Of a stretch of 54,531 nt of DNA, positions 7,767 to 16,501 are shown in pieces. The stretch is taken from positions 1 to 54,531 of the forward strand of contig JAPLSS010000090.1 of assembly GCA_026398515.1 (NCBI GenBank). Direction: 5' to 3'. Within the stretch, counting starts at the first letter, position 1. The number at the start of each line of letters is the position of its first letter. A model generated the notes under the pieces. That model was not told where the DNA came from and searched no databases. It was given only the letters and a program-made list of their open reading frames with translations. Both the position numbers and the translations under genes were made by a program. This DNA is from Candidatus Sumerlaeota bacterium (GTDB lineage Bacteria > Sumerlaeota > Sumerlaeia > JAPLSS01).

Positions 7767-9437
7767 ATGAGTGAACGCACCCGACATCGTTTCACGAAAG
7801 CCGCCGCCGGCGTGGGGGCGGGACTGGCGCTGCTTTGTTTGGCGACGCATCCTTCGGCGCGCGCCGCCGCTGCCGCGACCGGACAAGCCGGCGCTCCGCG
7901 TCCGAACATCGTCCTCATCCTGGCCGATGACATGGGCTGGAGCGACGTGGGGTGCTACGGCGGAGAGATTCAGACGCCCCACATCGACCAGCTCGCCGCC
8001 GAGGGCCTGCGCTTCACGCGTTTCTTCAACAGCGCCAAGTGCGAGCCGACGCGCGCCTCGTTGATGAGCGGCCACTACTGGCAAGATGTCAATCTCGGCA
8101 TCAAAGTCGGCCCGACGATGGGCGAGTCGATGCGGGCGGCCGGATACGCGACATACGCCGTCGGAAAATGGCATCTGGACGGCAATCCCGTCGACCGCGG
8201 CTTCGACCATTACTTCGGCCATCTGAGCGGCGGGACGGACTACTTCAAGGGCAACAACAGTTTTCGCCTCGACGACCAGCCCTTCAAAGTCCCGTCCACT
8301 GGTTTCTACACGACCGACGCCAATGCGGAGTATGCCATGCGCTTCCTCGACGGATGGCGCAACGAAGCGCCGGGCAAGCCCTTTTTTCTGTACCTCGCGT
8401 TCAACGCGCCGCACACGCCTCTGCAGGCGCCGCCGGAAGATATAAAAAAATATCGGGGCGCGTTCGCCCAGGGCTGGGACGCGCTACGCGCGGCCCGGTG
8501 CGCGCGGCAGAAAGAAATGGGGCTGATCAAGCCGCAATGGCCGCTGCCCGAACGCCCGCGGGCCATCCCCGCTTGGGACAGTCTGAGCGAGAAGGATCGC
8601 GACTTCGAGGACCTTCGCATGGCCGCCTACGCCGCCATGGTCGATCATATGGATGGGGCCATCGGTCGCGTGCTCGACAAGATCCAGGAACTGGGACAGC
8701 GCGACAACACGCTGGTGATGTTCCTGAGCGACAACGGCGCCAGTCCCTTCGATCACGTCCGGCGCGGCGAGATCGGAACCGCCGGATCGTTCTGGTTCAC
8801 GGGCCTGGGTTGGGCTTGGCTGAGCAACGCGCCCTTCCGCCACTACAAGCAGAACATGTTTCACGGCGGCGCCTGCACGCCCTTCATCGCGTCCTGGCCG
8901 GCCGTCATCAAGGAGCACGGGGCGATTACCGATCAGCCCGGCCATATCATCGACATCATGGCGACCGCGCTCGATCTGGCCGGCGGCGAATACTCCAAAA
9001 CTCCTGGCGACAAACCGCAGGCGCCGCTCCCCGGCCGCTCGCTGCGCCCCATCTTCGAGGGCCGGACGCGCGACCCGAATCCCCCGCTCTTTTTCCAACT
9101 CTTCGAGAATCGCGCCGTCATCGCGGGCGACTGGAAGCTGGTCTCCGACTGGGGGCAGCCGTGGTCGCTGTTCAACCTCGCCGAAGACGGCGCCGAGACG
9201 CGCGACCAGGCGGCCGATCTCCCTGAGAAGGCGAAGGAACTGGAAGATTTCTGGCAGAGTTGGTGGGACGCCGTTCCCAACAAGCGATTCCGTTCGGTGG
9301 GCGGGGAGCCGGAATATCTGGCGCCATCGAGTGCATTGCGCGGCGGCGATGAAGAGGAAGACGAATCGGCCGGAACGGGCGCCCCGAAGCCTTCTGGAAA
9401 GAACACAACGCCCGCCCGCGCACGAAAGGCGAAATGA
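7767..9437 (+). CDS. Arylsulfatase (S1 formylglycine-dependent sulfatase), exported
   Basis: RPNIVLILADDMGWSDVGCYGG...SAKCEPTRASLMSGHY (C-x-P-x-R). N-terminal signal MSERTRHRFTKAAAGVGAGLALLCLATHPSARA. The ORF track starts at a TTG (7758); the ATG at 7767 is more likely. Confidence 0.9.
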   Translation: MSERTRHRFTKAAAGVGAGLALLCLATHPSARAAAAATGQAGAPRPNIVLILADDMGWSDVGCYGGEIQTPHIDQLAAEGLRFTRFFNSAKCEPTRASLMSGHYWQDVNLGIKVGPTMGESMRAAGYATYAVGKWHLDGNPVDRGFDHYFGHLSGGTDYFKGNNSFRLDDQPFKVPSTGFYTTDANAEYAMRFLDGWRNEAPGKPFFLYLAFNAPHTPLQAPPEDIKKYRGAFAQGWDALRAARCARQKEMGLIKPQWPLPERPRAIPAWDSLSEKDRDFEDLRMAAYAAMVDHMDGAIGRVLDKIQELGQRDNTLVMFLSDNGASPFDHVRRGEIGTAGSFWFTGLGWAWLSNAPFRHYKQNMFHGGACTPFIASWPAVIKEHGAITDQPGHIIDIMATALDLAGGEYSKTPGDKPQAPLPGRSLRPIFEGRTRDPNPPLFFQLFENRAVIAGDWKLVSDWGQPWSLFNLAEDGAETRDQAADLPEKAKELEDFWQSWWDAVPNKRFRSVGGEPEYLAPSSALRGGDEEEDESAGTGAPKPSGKNTTPARARKAK

Positions 9438-9489
9438 CCCGCATGTTCGCCGAGCCGATGGCCAGATGACCGAGCAAGGAGCGATTTCC

Positions 9490-10416
9490 ATGAGATGCCT
9501 GTTTGGAACGACCCGGTGGTTGTGTTACGCGTTTGCGTTCTCGTTGCTGGCCGCGGCGCCTCGCGCGGGAGCGTATGAAGTCTACATGGGCATGTGCTTC
9601 GCCGAGCAGTTGAGCGATCCGTCGCGAGCGAAGGAATGGGAAACCGTGGCGCGTTCGATCGACGGCGTCTGGCTGAATCTCGCCGGTTGGCCCAAGCCGG
9701 CGGAGTCGAGCACGACGCCAACATTGCGCCTGATCCGGAACAACCGCCACGGCGTCGTGCCGGTTAGCGTCAAGCAGTACAAACCCGAGATCGTTTTCTC
9801 CGATCCCGGGGTGCAGTCGGCCGCTGCGCTGGAAAAGGCGGGCGTGTTCGATTGGCAGATCGTGGCCCTCAACGACGACGCCGCCAGCAACGCGCTCAAG
9901 GAGCCGTTCCGGGCGGAGGCCGTCCAAGCGGCGCGCGTGAAGTACGCCGGAAAGAAGATCTTCGTCAACGTGCGCGTCGGAGATTTTCAATCCGCTCCGC
10001 CCGAGCGCGTCATGGAATTGGTCGACGCCGCCGACGGCGTCACCTTCGAATGCGAGCCACGGCGCTTCTTTCAGAAGGAGGGATCGTTCGACGCCTTCGC
10101 CAACGTCTGCCGGTTCGTAAAGGTCGAAAAAAAGAAGCCGCTGATCTGGCTCTGCCCCAACGGCGGCATGGGAGAAAAAGAGGCGTACTTGGACGAGTTG
10201 AAGCAGGTCTTCGCGAAGATCAAGGGCATGAACGCCCTGCCCGACATCATCTGCATCATCGGATACGGCCGAACCCACGGTCCGCTCGACGAATTGCCTG
10301 AGGGCGAGGGCGCGAACTATCCCAGCACCCTGACCGGCGCGACGCGATGGATTCTCGACCAAAGGTCTTCTCTGGCGCCCATGGCGCCGGAATCGAAGGA
10401 GAAAGAAAATGAATGA
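9490..10416 (+). CDS. Exported protein of unknown function (paralogue of the C-domain of 6553-7761)
   Basis: ORF 9331-10416. The likely start is MRCLFGTTRWLCYAFAFSLLAAAPRAGA (signal peptide), with AGGAG about 10 nt upstream. An alternative ATG lies at 9466. Its stop overlaps the next start by 8 nt. Confidence 0.65.
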   Translation: MRCLFGTTRWLCYAFAFSLLAAAPRAGAYEVYMGMCFAEQLSDPSRAKEWETVARSIDGVWLNLAGWPKPAESSTTPTLRLIRNNRHGVVPVSVKQYKPEIVFSDPGVQSAAALEKAGVFDWQIVALNDDAASNALKEPFRAEAVQAARVKYAGKKIFVNVRVGDFQSAPPERVMELVDAADGVTFECEPRRFFQKEGSFDAFANVCRFVKVEKKKPLIWLCPNGGMGEKEAYLDELKQVFAKIKGMNALPDIICIIGYGRTHGPLDELPEGEGANYPSTLTGATRWILDQRSSLAPMAPESKEKENE

Positions 10417-11254
10417 CTCGTCATTGCCGCGGCGGGAGTTTTTGATTGGCGCCGTCGCGGGTGGGTTGGCAGGGACATCGATGGGCGCGGCATTCGCCGC
10501 CGAGAAAGCCGCCAAGGCCCGGCCCGCGAGGACAGGACGCAAGGCGTCCATACTCGCGGAGAAGCCTTCTACGGACGCCGCCGTTCATTATTCGCTGCGC
10601 GGCATCGCCAGCCAGTTGGGCAAGTACAGCGTTCCCGACGGCGATTTCCGCCCCTCGGAATCCTGGACGCTGGAATACTCCTTTCCGGTGCGTTCTCCAC
10701 GCGCAAGCACGCTAACCATCGCCAAGCGCGTTTCGCCCGAGGGAATCGCCTATTCGATGACGGTGAAGCAGAACGACAGGGACGCCACGTTGACGATCGG
10801 CGCGACTCTCGATTGCGCAAGTGACCGGCGTCTCTTGAAATGGCAATCGCAACGCCAGATTCCGGAATACACGGCCGGTCCGATTCCGCCCGTCGAGGAA
10901 ACTGGCGTCGTGTCGAATACGGGAATCGCGCTCACGGTCGGAGGCGTTCCCATTGCGCTGGCCGCCGCCCAACCTGTGATCCCCTTCGCCGGCCTGCTCG
11001 ACGCCTTCGCCTGCGGCGTCCCGCCCTCGGGCGATTTCATGCTTTTCGACGAGTTCCTCGCGTTCAAACCCGCCCAGACGGCCGCCGCCGCCGGCGCCAC
11101 CCAGGCGAAGTTGGCGTCAGGCGCGATCCCCCTGACCGGCTATTACTACTTCGGCGTTGGCGTCCATCCCACCCATGTCTGGGCGACGGATCAGGGACTG
11201 CCGTTGTTCATCACCCAGGGGCTGCGATCCTACGGCCTCACCGCGATTCGCTAG
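10409..11254 (+). CDS. Tat-signal protein of unknown function
   Basis: MNDSSLPRREFLIGAVAGGLAGTSMGAAFA (twin-arginine motif RREFL). AAGGAG lies 7 nt upstream. Translationally coupled to the upstream ORF. I recognise no family. Confidence 0.7.
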   Translation: MNDSSLPRREFLIGAVAGGLAGTSMGAAFAAEKAAKARPARTGRKASILAEKPSTDAAVHYSLRGIASQLGKYSVPDGDFRPSESWTLEYSFPVRSPRASTLTIAKRVSPEGIAYSMTVKQNDRDATLTIGATLDCASDRRLLKWQSQRQIPEYTAGPIPPVEETGVVSNTGIALTVGGVPIALAAAQPVIPFAGLLDAFACGVPPSGDFMLFDEFLAFKPAQTAAAAGATQAKLASGAIPLTGYYYFGVGVHPTHVWATDQGLPLFITQGLRSYGLTAIR

Positions 11255-11263
11255 GAGTGCGCC

Positions 11264-12508
11264 ATGGCAGACAAACCCAACATCGTCTTCATTCACACGG
11301 ATCAGTTGCAGTACGCGGCCATCCGCGCCCACGGATGCCTCTACACCGATACGCCCGCCATTGACGCCTTCGTCGCGGGCGGGACTTCGTTCGCCCTGTC
11401 CTATTCGGCCAATCCAGTCTGTTGCCCGGCCCGCACGAGTTGGTACACGGGCCGCATGTCGAGCGAGCACGGCATCACGGGCAATGCCGGCGCGTTGGCG
11501 GAATCCTTCCCCGACCTTGGCCAATGGCTGTCAAAGCATGGATACGATTGCTACTACGGCGGGAAATGGCACGTGCCAGGACGCAACGTAAGCGACAGTT
11601 TCAAGATCATGGCGGGAAGCGGCAACGGCGAGCAATACGACGCGGCCCTGGGCTTCCAGGCGGAGGCTTTTCTGTTGTCGCGGCTGGCGCATCCAAGCGC
11701 GGCGCCCTTCTTCCTCAATCTCGGCTTCCTGAATCCCCACGATATCGGCCCGGCCACATACAGCCCGGCGTGCAAGTATGAGTTCGCCGAGATCGTCGCC
11801 GACCGTTTGCCGCCGCTCCCGCCGAGCTATGACCGGAATGCCAAGGCGCTCGGCGACGACACGCGCGTGCGCTACATGATGTACATCTATTACCGGCTGG
11901 TGGAGATGGTGGACCGGGAGTTGGGCCGGGTCTTTCACCTGATCGCGAACTCCGACCTGGCAGCCACTACATTAGTCATTTTCTCGGCGGATCACGGCGA
12001 AATGCTGGCCGCGCACAATCAGATCCGCAAGGGCGAGGCGTATGAAGAGGCGGCCCGCGTGCCGCTGGTCGTCTCTTTCCCCGGCGTCGTCAAGGGCGGA
12101 GTGAGCGACCGCGAGCATCTGGTCTCCGGCGTCGACATCACGGCGACCATTCTCGACTACGCCGGCGCCCCGGCGATGCCCGGCATGACGTTCGCCCGCA
12201 GCCTGAGGCCGCTCCTGGAGGGCAAGCCGGCGCCGTGGCGGGAGTACGTCGCCACGGAAACCTCCAGTGGGAGCACGATGATCCGAACCCAGACGCACAA
12301 ATATGTCACCTCGGCCGCCGGCGACGAATTCTTCGATCTTGCCGGCGATCCGGGCGAAATGAAGGACCTCATCGCCGACGGCGCCGCCGCCGAGTTGATC
12401 GCCCAGCACAAGCGCCTTCTTGCGGAATACCACTCGACGATCGATATCCTGCCGGAACTTCGGAATGGCTGGTCGGTCAAGAAGGGACGCGGCGGCGAGG
12501 ACGAGTAG
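11264..12508 (+). CDS. S1 sulfatase without signal peptide (predicted cytoplasmic)
   Basis: MADKPNIVFIHTDQLQ...NPVCCPARTSWYTGR (C-x-P-x-R). AGGAG lies 6 nt upstream. No hydrophobic N-terminal segment. Confidence 0.9.
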   Translation: MADKPNIVFIHTDQLQYAAIRAHGCLYTDTPAIDAFVAGGTSFALSYSANPVCCPARTSWYTGRMSSEHGITGNAGALAESFPDLGQWLSKHGYDCYYGGKWHVPGRNVSDSFKIMAGSGNGEQYDAALGFQAEAFLLSRLAHPSAAPFFLNLGFLNPHDIGPATYSPACKYEFAEIVADRLPPLPPSYDRNAKALGDDTRVRYMMYIYYRLVEMVDRELGRVFHLIANSDLAATTLVIFSADHGEMLAAHNQIRKGEAYEEAARVPLVVSFPGVVKGGVSDREHLVSGVDITATILDYAGAPAMPGMTFARSLRPLLEGKPAPWREYVATETSSGSTMIRTQTHKYVTSAAGDEFFDLAGDPGEMKDLIADGAAAELIAQHKRLLAEYHSTIDILPELRNGWSVKKGRGGEDE

Positions 12509-12540
12509 AGAGAAAAGCATCACCGATCAGGACCGAGTAA

Positions 12541-12561
12541 AGACGCCCTTTTCGGGCGTCT
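12541..12561 (+). terminator. Candidate intrinsic terminator after the sulfatase operon
   Basis: AGACGCCC-TTTTC-GGGCGTCT: an 8-bp perfect GC-rich stem with a 5-nt loop, followed by CTTTC (weak T-tract). It begins 33 nt after the stop at 12508. Confidence 0.5.
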
Positions 12562-12590
12562 CTTTCAGTCGCCGGCGAAGGGGAAGCGCG

Positions 12591-14045
12591 ATGAACAAGC
12601 CAAGGTGGTTTCGGACGAATATCAGTGCCACACACAGGAGTGGAGCATGGCTTGCCGCATCTATCGTCCTGTGTTTTGCCGCCGCCAAGTGCCCTGGAGA
12701 GAATCTACCGTTCAACCTCAAGGTCAGCGATCCATCGGTCGCAACGCACCACTTGATTGTCGGTAGGACCGATCTCGGACTCACCGACCAGGGGGGCGGA
12801 TTGCCGGCGAGCCTGACCATTCAAGGCATCGCAAACGGGTCCAATGTCCTCGCGTACGACTATGGGAAATCCAACGTGCATGACATTCGGGATGAACTCC
12901 ATGACACCAGGTACAATGTCGTGCATTCGGGTTATAACGACATCAAAGGCAGACCGATTCAGATTCTGGCGATGGCTTCGCAGAGCGGTTCCGGCCAAAG
13001 GCTGTACGTGGAGCCGTTTTCGTCAAGCCTCTGGTGCTCCGATAGCAAGTACGACTATACACAGTACGAGGACCTCGTGGCCGATTCCTATGGAGACGAC
13101 GGCGGCAATAGCGATGCGGACGAGCTGCCCGAGATCGGCAAGAGCATGATTGATGAAGTCCAGTCGGAATGGGACTTTGCGGAGTATTACGAGGACGCCA
13201 CGAGCCTGATCTCCGTGCCCAACGTCGACGTCATCCGTCACTACTACTACTACGAGTACAAGAGGCCGGCGGAAGCCATCCGCCAGTGGCATGCGGGGAT
13301 TGTCATGTTGGACGGTCAGCCCGCCATCAACCCCGCCAATCGGATTTCGGACATATCGCCCATCCACTACCCGGGCCTTCAAACCGCTACGGACATCGAC
13401 ATGTCCCTCCAGCACATGACGTATAGCCTGCGGCTCTTTAACACGGATAATCAGGGATACCGATACGGCCTGTACATGAGCCAGAACAGCGGCGAATGGG
13501 TCTCCAAGGACTTGGCCCGTGGCGAGCCCACGTTGAATATCAGAAGTTTCGGGCCTCAATACACCGACATCGTCCCGCCGGAGCAGTTCACTTCCAACGG
13601 CTGTTTCGCCATCACGGATTCCGTCGAGAATGACGGCGTGAAGGATAACCTGATTGTTGCGGCCCGCAGCACCGATCCCGATGCTCCTGGGGCGGTCGGA
13701 CTCTGGCACTGGGAGGGGTCGGGAGTCAATGCCCACTGCGCGCTCGGCATTCAAAACAGAAAGGTGATCTACACGGAGGATCGGCGTATTCAAAGCAAGT
13801 TTGCTTTTAGCTGCCCTGCCTCTAAGCAGAAAACGTTCGGCAAGTTTCACGGCCGGAGCATGATCACCGGGATGCTGGCGCCCGACAACCTGCCGGCGGG
13901 TGTCACGGAGGCTTGTCAGTCCGAACAATTCTACCTGGTGGGGACGCCCAATGCCATCTGGGACGCCGTCCAGCAACTCAAGGTTCATGCGGACGTGGTG
14001 AACACGGTCCATCACTACAATTTCTCTGCGTCGTCGGCGCGATAA
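12591..14045 (+). CDS. Exported protein of unknown function (about 484 aa), lower GC than neighbours
   Basis: ORF 12420-14045. An internal ATG at 12591 gives MNKPRWFRTNISATHRSGAWLAASIVLCFAAAKCPG (signal peptide), downstream of the hairpin. Contains an acidic insert SYGDDGGNSDADELPE. I recognise no family. Confidence 0.7.
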   Translation: MNKPRWFRTNISATHRSGAWLAASIVLCFAAAKCPGENLPFNLKVSDPSVATHHLIVGRTDLGLTDQGGGLPASLTIQGIANGSNVLAYDYGKSNVHDIRDELHDTRYNVVHSGYNDIKGRPIQILAMASQSGSGQRLYVEPFSSSLWCSDSKYDYTQYEDLVADSYGDDGGNSDADELPEIGKSMIDEVQSEWDFAEYYEDATSLISVPNVDVIRHYYYYEYKRPAEAIRQWHAGIVMLDGQPAINPANRISDISPIHYPGLQTATDIDMSLQHMTYSLRLFNTDNQGYRYGLYMSQNSGEWVSKDLARGEPTLNIRSFGPQYTDIVPPEQFTSNGCFAITDSVENDGVKDNLIVAARSTDPDAPGAVGLWHWEGSGVNAHCALGIQNRKVIYTEDRRIQSKFAFSCPASKQKTFGKFHGRSMITGMLAPDNLPAGVTEACQSEQFYLVGTPNAIWDAVQQLKVHADVVNTVHHYNFSASSAR

Positions 14046-14074
14046 GGGAAATGACTCGACAGAAAGGTATTTCC

Positions 14075-16441
14075 ATGAGCAACGACCTCTCGAAGGCCGT
14101 CTGGTTCGAAACGAAACTGCAGGAGAACGTCTTCGCGCGAGCGCGTCGCGTCTTTCATCTGGACCCAAAGCCCGGCAGCGCCATTGCGCGCGTCGCGTGT
14201 TCCGGCCGCTATCGCCTGTGGCTCAACGGCGAACCGGTCGGGCGCGGGCCGGCGCTGAGCGGGACGAACCGGCGCCGTTTCGACGTGCTCGATCTGACGG
14301 ATGTGCTGCGCTCCGGCGAGAACCTGCTGGCCGTTCAAGCGATTCATTTCGGCTACAAAACGGCCCAGACGCCGGACGGTCCGCCGGCGCTTTGGCTGGA
14401 GCTGGAATGCGACGGGCGCATCGTTCTGACGACCGACGAGGAGTGGCGCTTCTCGGTCGATCCGGCCTATGCGAACGCGTCTCCGCGCCGGAACAACTCG
14501 TATGGCCCCCAGGAGGTGTTCGACGCGAGCAAGGACGAGCCGTGGCGCGAGATCGCGTTCGACGATTCCGCGTAGACGCGCGCTACGTTTTGTTCGTCGC
14601 TTCCAGACGGCAAGTCGCCCTGGGGCCGCCTGATTCCCCGCGGCGTTCCGCAGTGCCGCGAGGTATCGATCCGTCCGCGCGCGGTGGTTCGCCTGGGCGA
14701 GGTGCGCTCGCAGGAGTTTTCCGCCTTCGTCCCGAGGGGGTTTAGCGTCGAGAGCCTCGCGGTCTTCCTGCTCCACGACGTTCCCGAGGCGCCGCGCCTG
14801 ACGCGCATCGAAAACCTAGAAGCGCTTGTCGAGGGCGGCGCGGGCATGGCCGTGGTCACGCAGCCTTCGCCGCTGGACATTCACGAAACCGATCAATTCT
14901 GCGCGACGATGATCCTCGACTTCGGACGCGAGATCGACGCCTACGGCTGGATCGACGTCGAAGGCAACGAGGGCGCCGTGGTGGACGTCGCCTACGCGGA
15001 ACAACTGACCGGCGGGCGCGTGCCGCCCATCCGGCAGAACACGCACTACGCGGATCGTTATGTCCTTCGGGAAGGCCGGCAGCGCCACGAGGTCTACGAC
15101 TGGAAAGGCTATCGCTACGTGCAGCTGACCTTTCGGGAGTTGACGCGTCCACTCGTCATTCATGGCGTAGGCGCGACGTTCACTTCCTATCCCGTCGAAC
15201 GCCGGGGTGCCTTCGAATGCTCTGACGATCTGGTCGGCCGCATCTGGTCCACGGGCGCCACCACGCAGCAGCTGTGCATGCAGGGCCACATGATGGACTG
15301 CCCCTGGCGCGAGCAGCAGGAATGGCTGGGCGATGGGCGCGTGCAGCTGCTCATCATTCAGAACGCGTTTGGCGCGCGAGACATGACGCGCAAGTTCATC
15401 GAGGATTTCGCCGATTCCCAGTTCGACAACGGCCTGTTCCCGTCGGTGGCGTTCTCGACGGGCTGCATCTTCGACTACGCGCTATGGTGGCTTCAGGGCT
15501 TGAAGGACGTGTGCGTCTTCAATGGCGACCAGGAACTGGCGCGGCAGGTGTTTCCCAACGCCGTCCGCCTGCTCGACGCCTGCCGCCAGTGGGAGAACGC
15601 CGAGGGCTTCGTCGAAAAGCATCCGGGGCATGCGTTCGTCGATTGGGCCCATGTCGGCAAGGCGGGCGTCTGCGCGCCCATCAACGCGATCTACCACATC
15701 GCGCTCAACGCCGCCGCCGACACGGCCGAACGGATTGGCAAGCCGGGGCGGGCATCGGAATGGCGTGCGCGCGCCGGCCGCATCGCCGCGCTGTATCACG
15801 CGAAGTTCTGGAACGAAGGGCGGGGGCTCTATGTCGACAACGTCGCTGACAACGTCCAGAGCGCCATGTTCAGCCAACACACGCAGGCGATCACCGTGCT
15901 GGCCGGGCTGCACCGCGTCGAGGCCACGCCGTTATTGCGACGGACGGTGAGCGATGATTCGCTGACGCGGACCGAACCGTATTTCTCGTTCTACCTGCTC
16001 GAAGCGCTGGGCCGCAACGGACTGGCCCCCGAGGGCCTGGATTTCATCCGCCGCCGCTGGGGCGCGATGATCGAGCAGGGCGCCACCAGCTTCTGGGAGG
16101 AATGGCAGACCAACGGCACGTTCCGCGCGGGACGCTGGACGCCGCGCCCGCGCAGCCACTGCCACGCCTGGTCCGCCGCGCCGACCGCCTGGCTCAGCCG
16201 CTATGTGCTCGGCGTCCGAATCGAGGAGTATGGCGGGCCGATCATCATTGAGCCGAACCCGTGCGGGCTGACCGAGGCGTCGGGCGTCGTCCCGACGGCG
16301 TACGGCCCGGTGGCTATCGAATGGCGCGTGCGCGACTGCCGCCTGTCGGTCACGGCGAAAGTCCCGCAGGGCGCCCAAACGCTCGCGCAGGACCCCACGG
16401 GATGGGCAGGCCAGGCCACGTTCACAATCAACGAGCGCTGA
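14075..16441 (+). pseudogene. GH78 alpha-L-rhamnosidase interrupted by one in-frame TAG (14573-14575)
   Basis: ORFs 13913-14575 and 14684-16441 are in the same frame, with no other stop between them. The N-part has the rhamnosidase N-domain (RYRLWLNGEPVGRGP). The C-part has MDCPWREQQEWLGDG and the six-hairpin domain. The TAG sits where paralogues have Trp: FDDSA* here, FDDSDW in 18243-20732 and ADNDW in 28100-31378. Confidence 0.8.
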
Positions 16442-16501
16442 AAGCGGTCGGCGCTTTGGGGGCACGCTCTGGGACACGCGGCGAAAGTTAGGACCCTAGA
16501 A

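Noticed and set aside
7767-7850. Possible Tat signal on the 7767 sulfatase (TRHRFTKAA).
   Set aside because: It lacks the consecutive twin arginines of the S/T-R-R-x-F-L-K consensus. I call it a generic signal peptide only.
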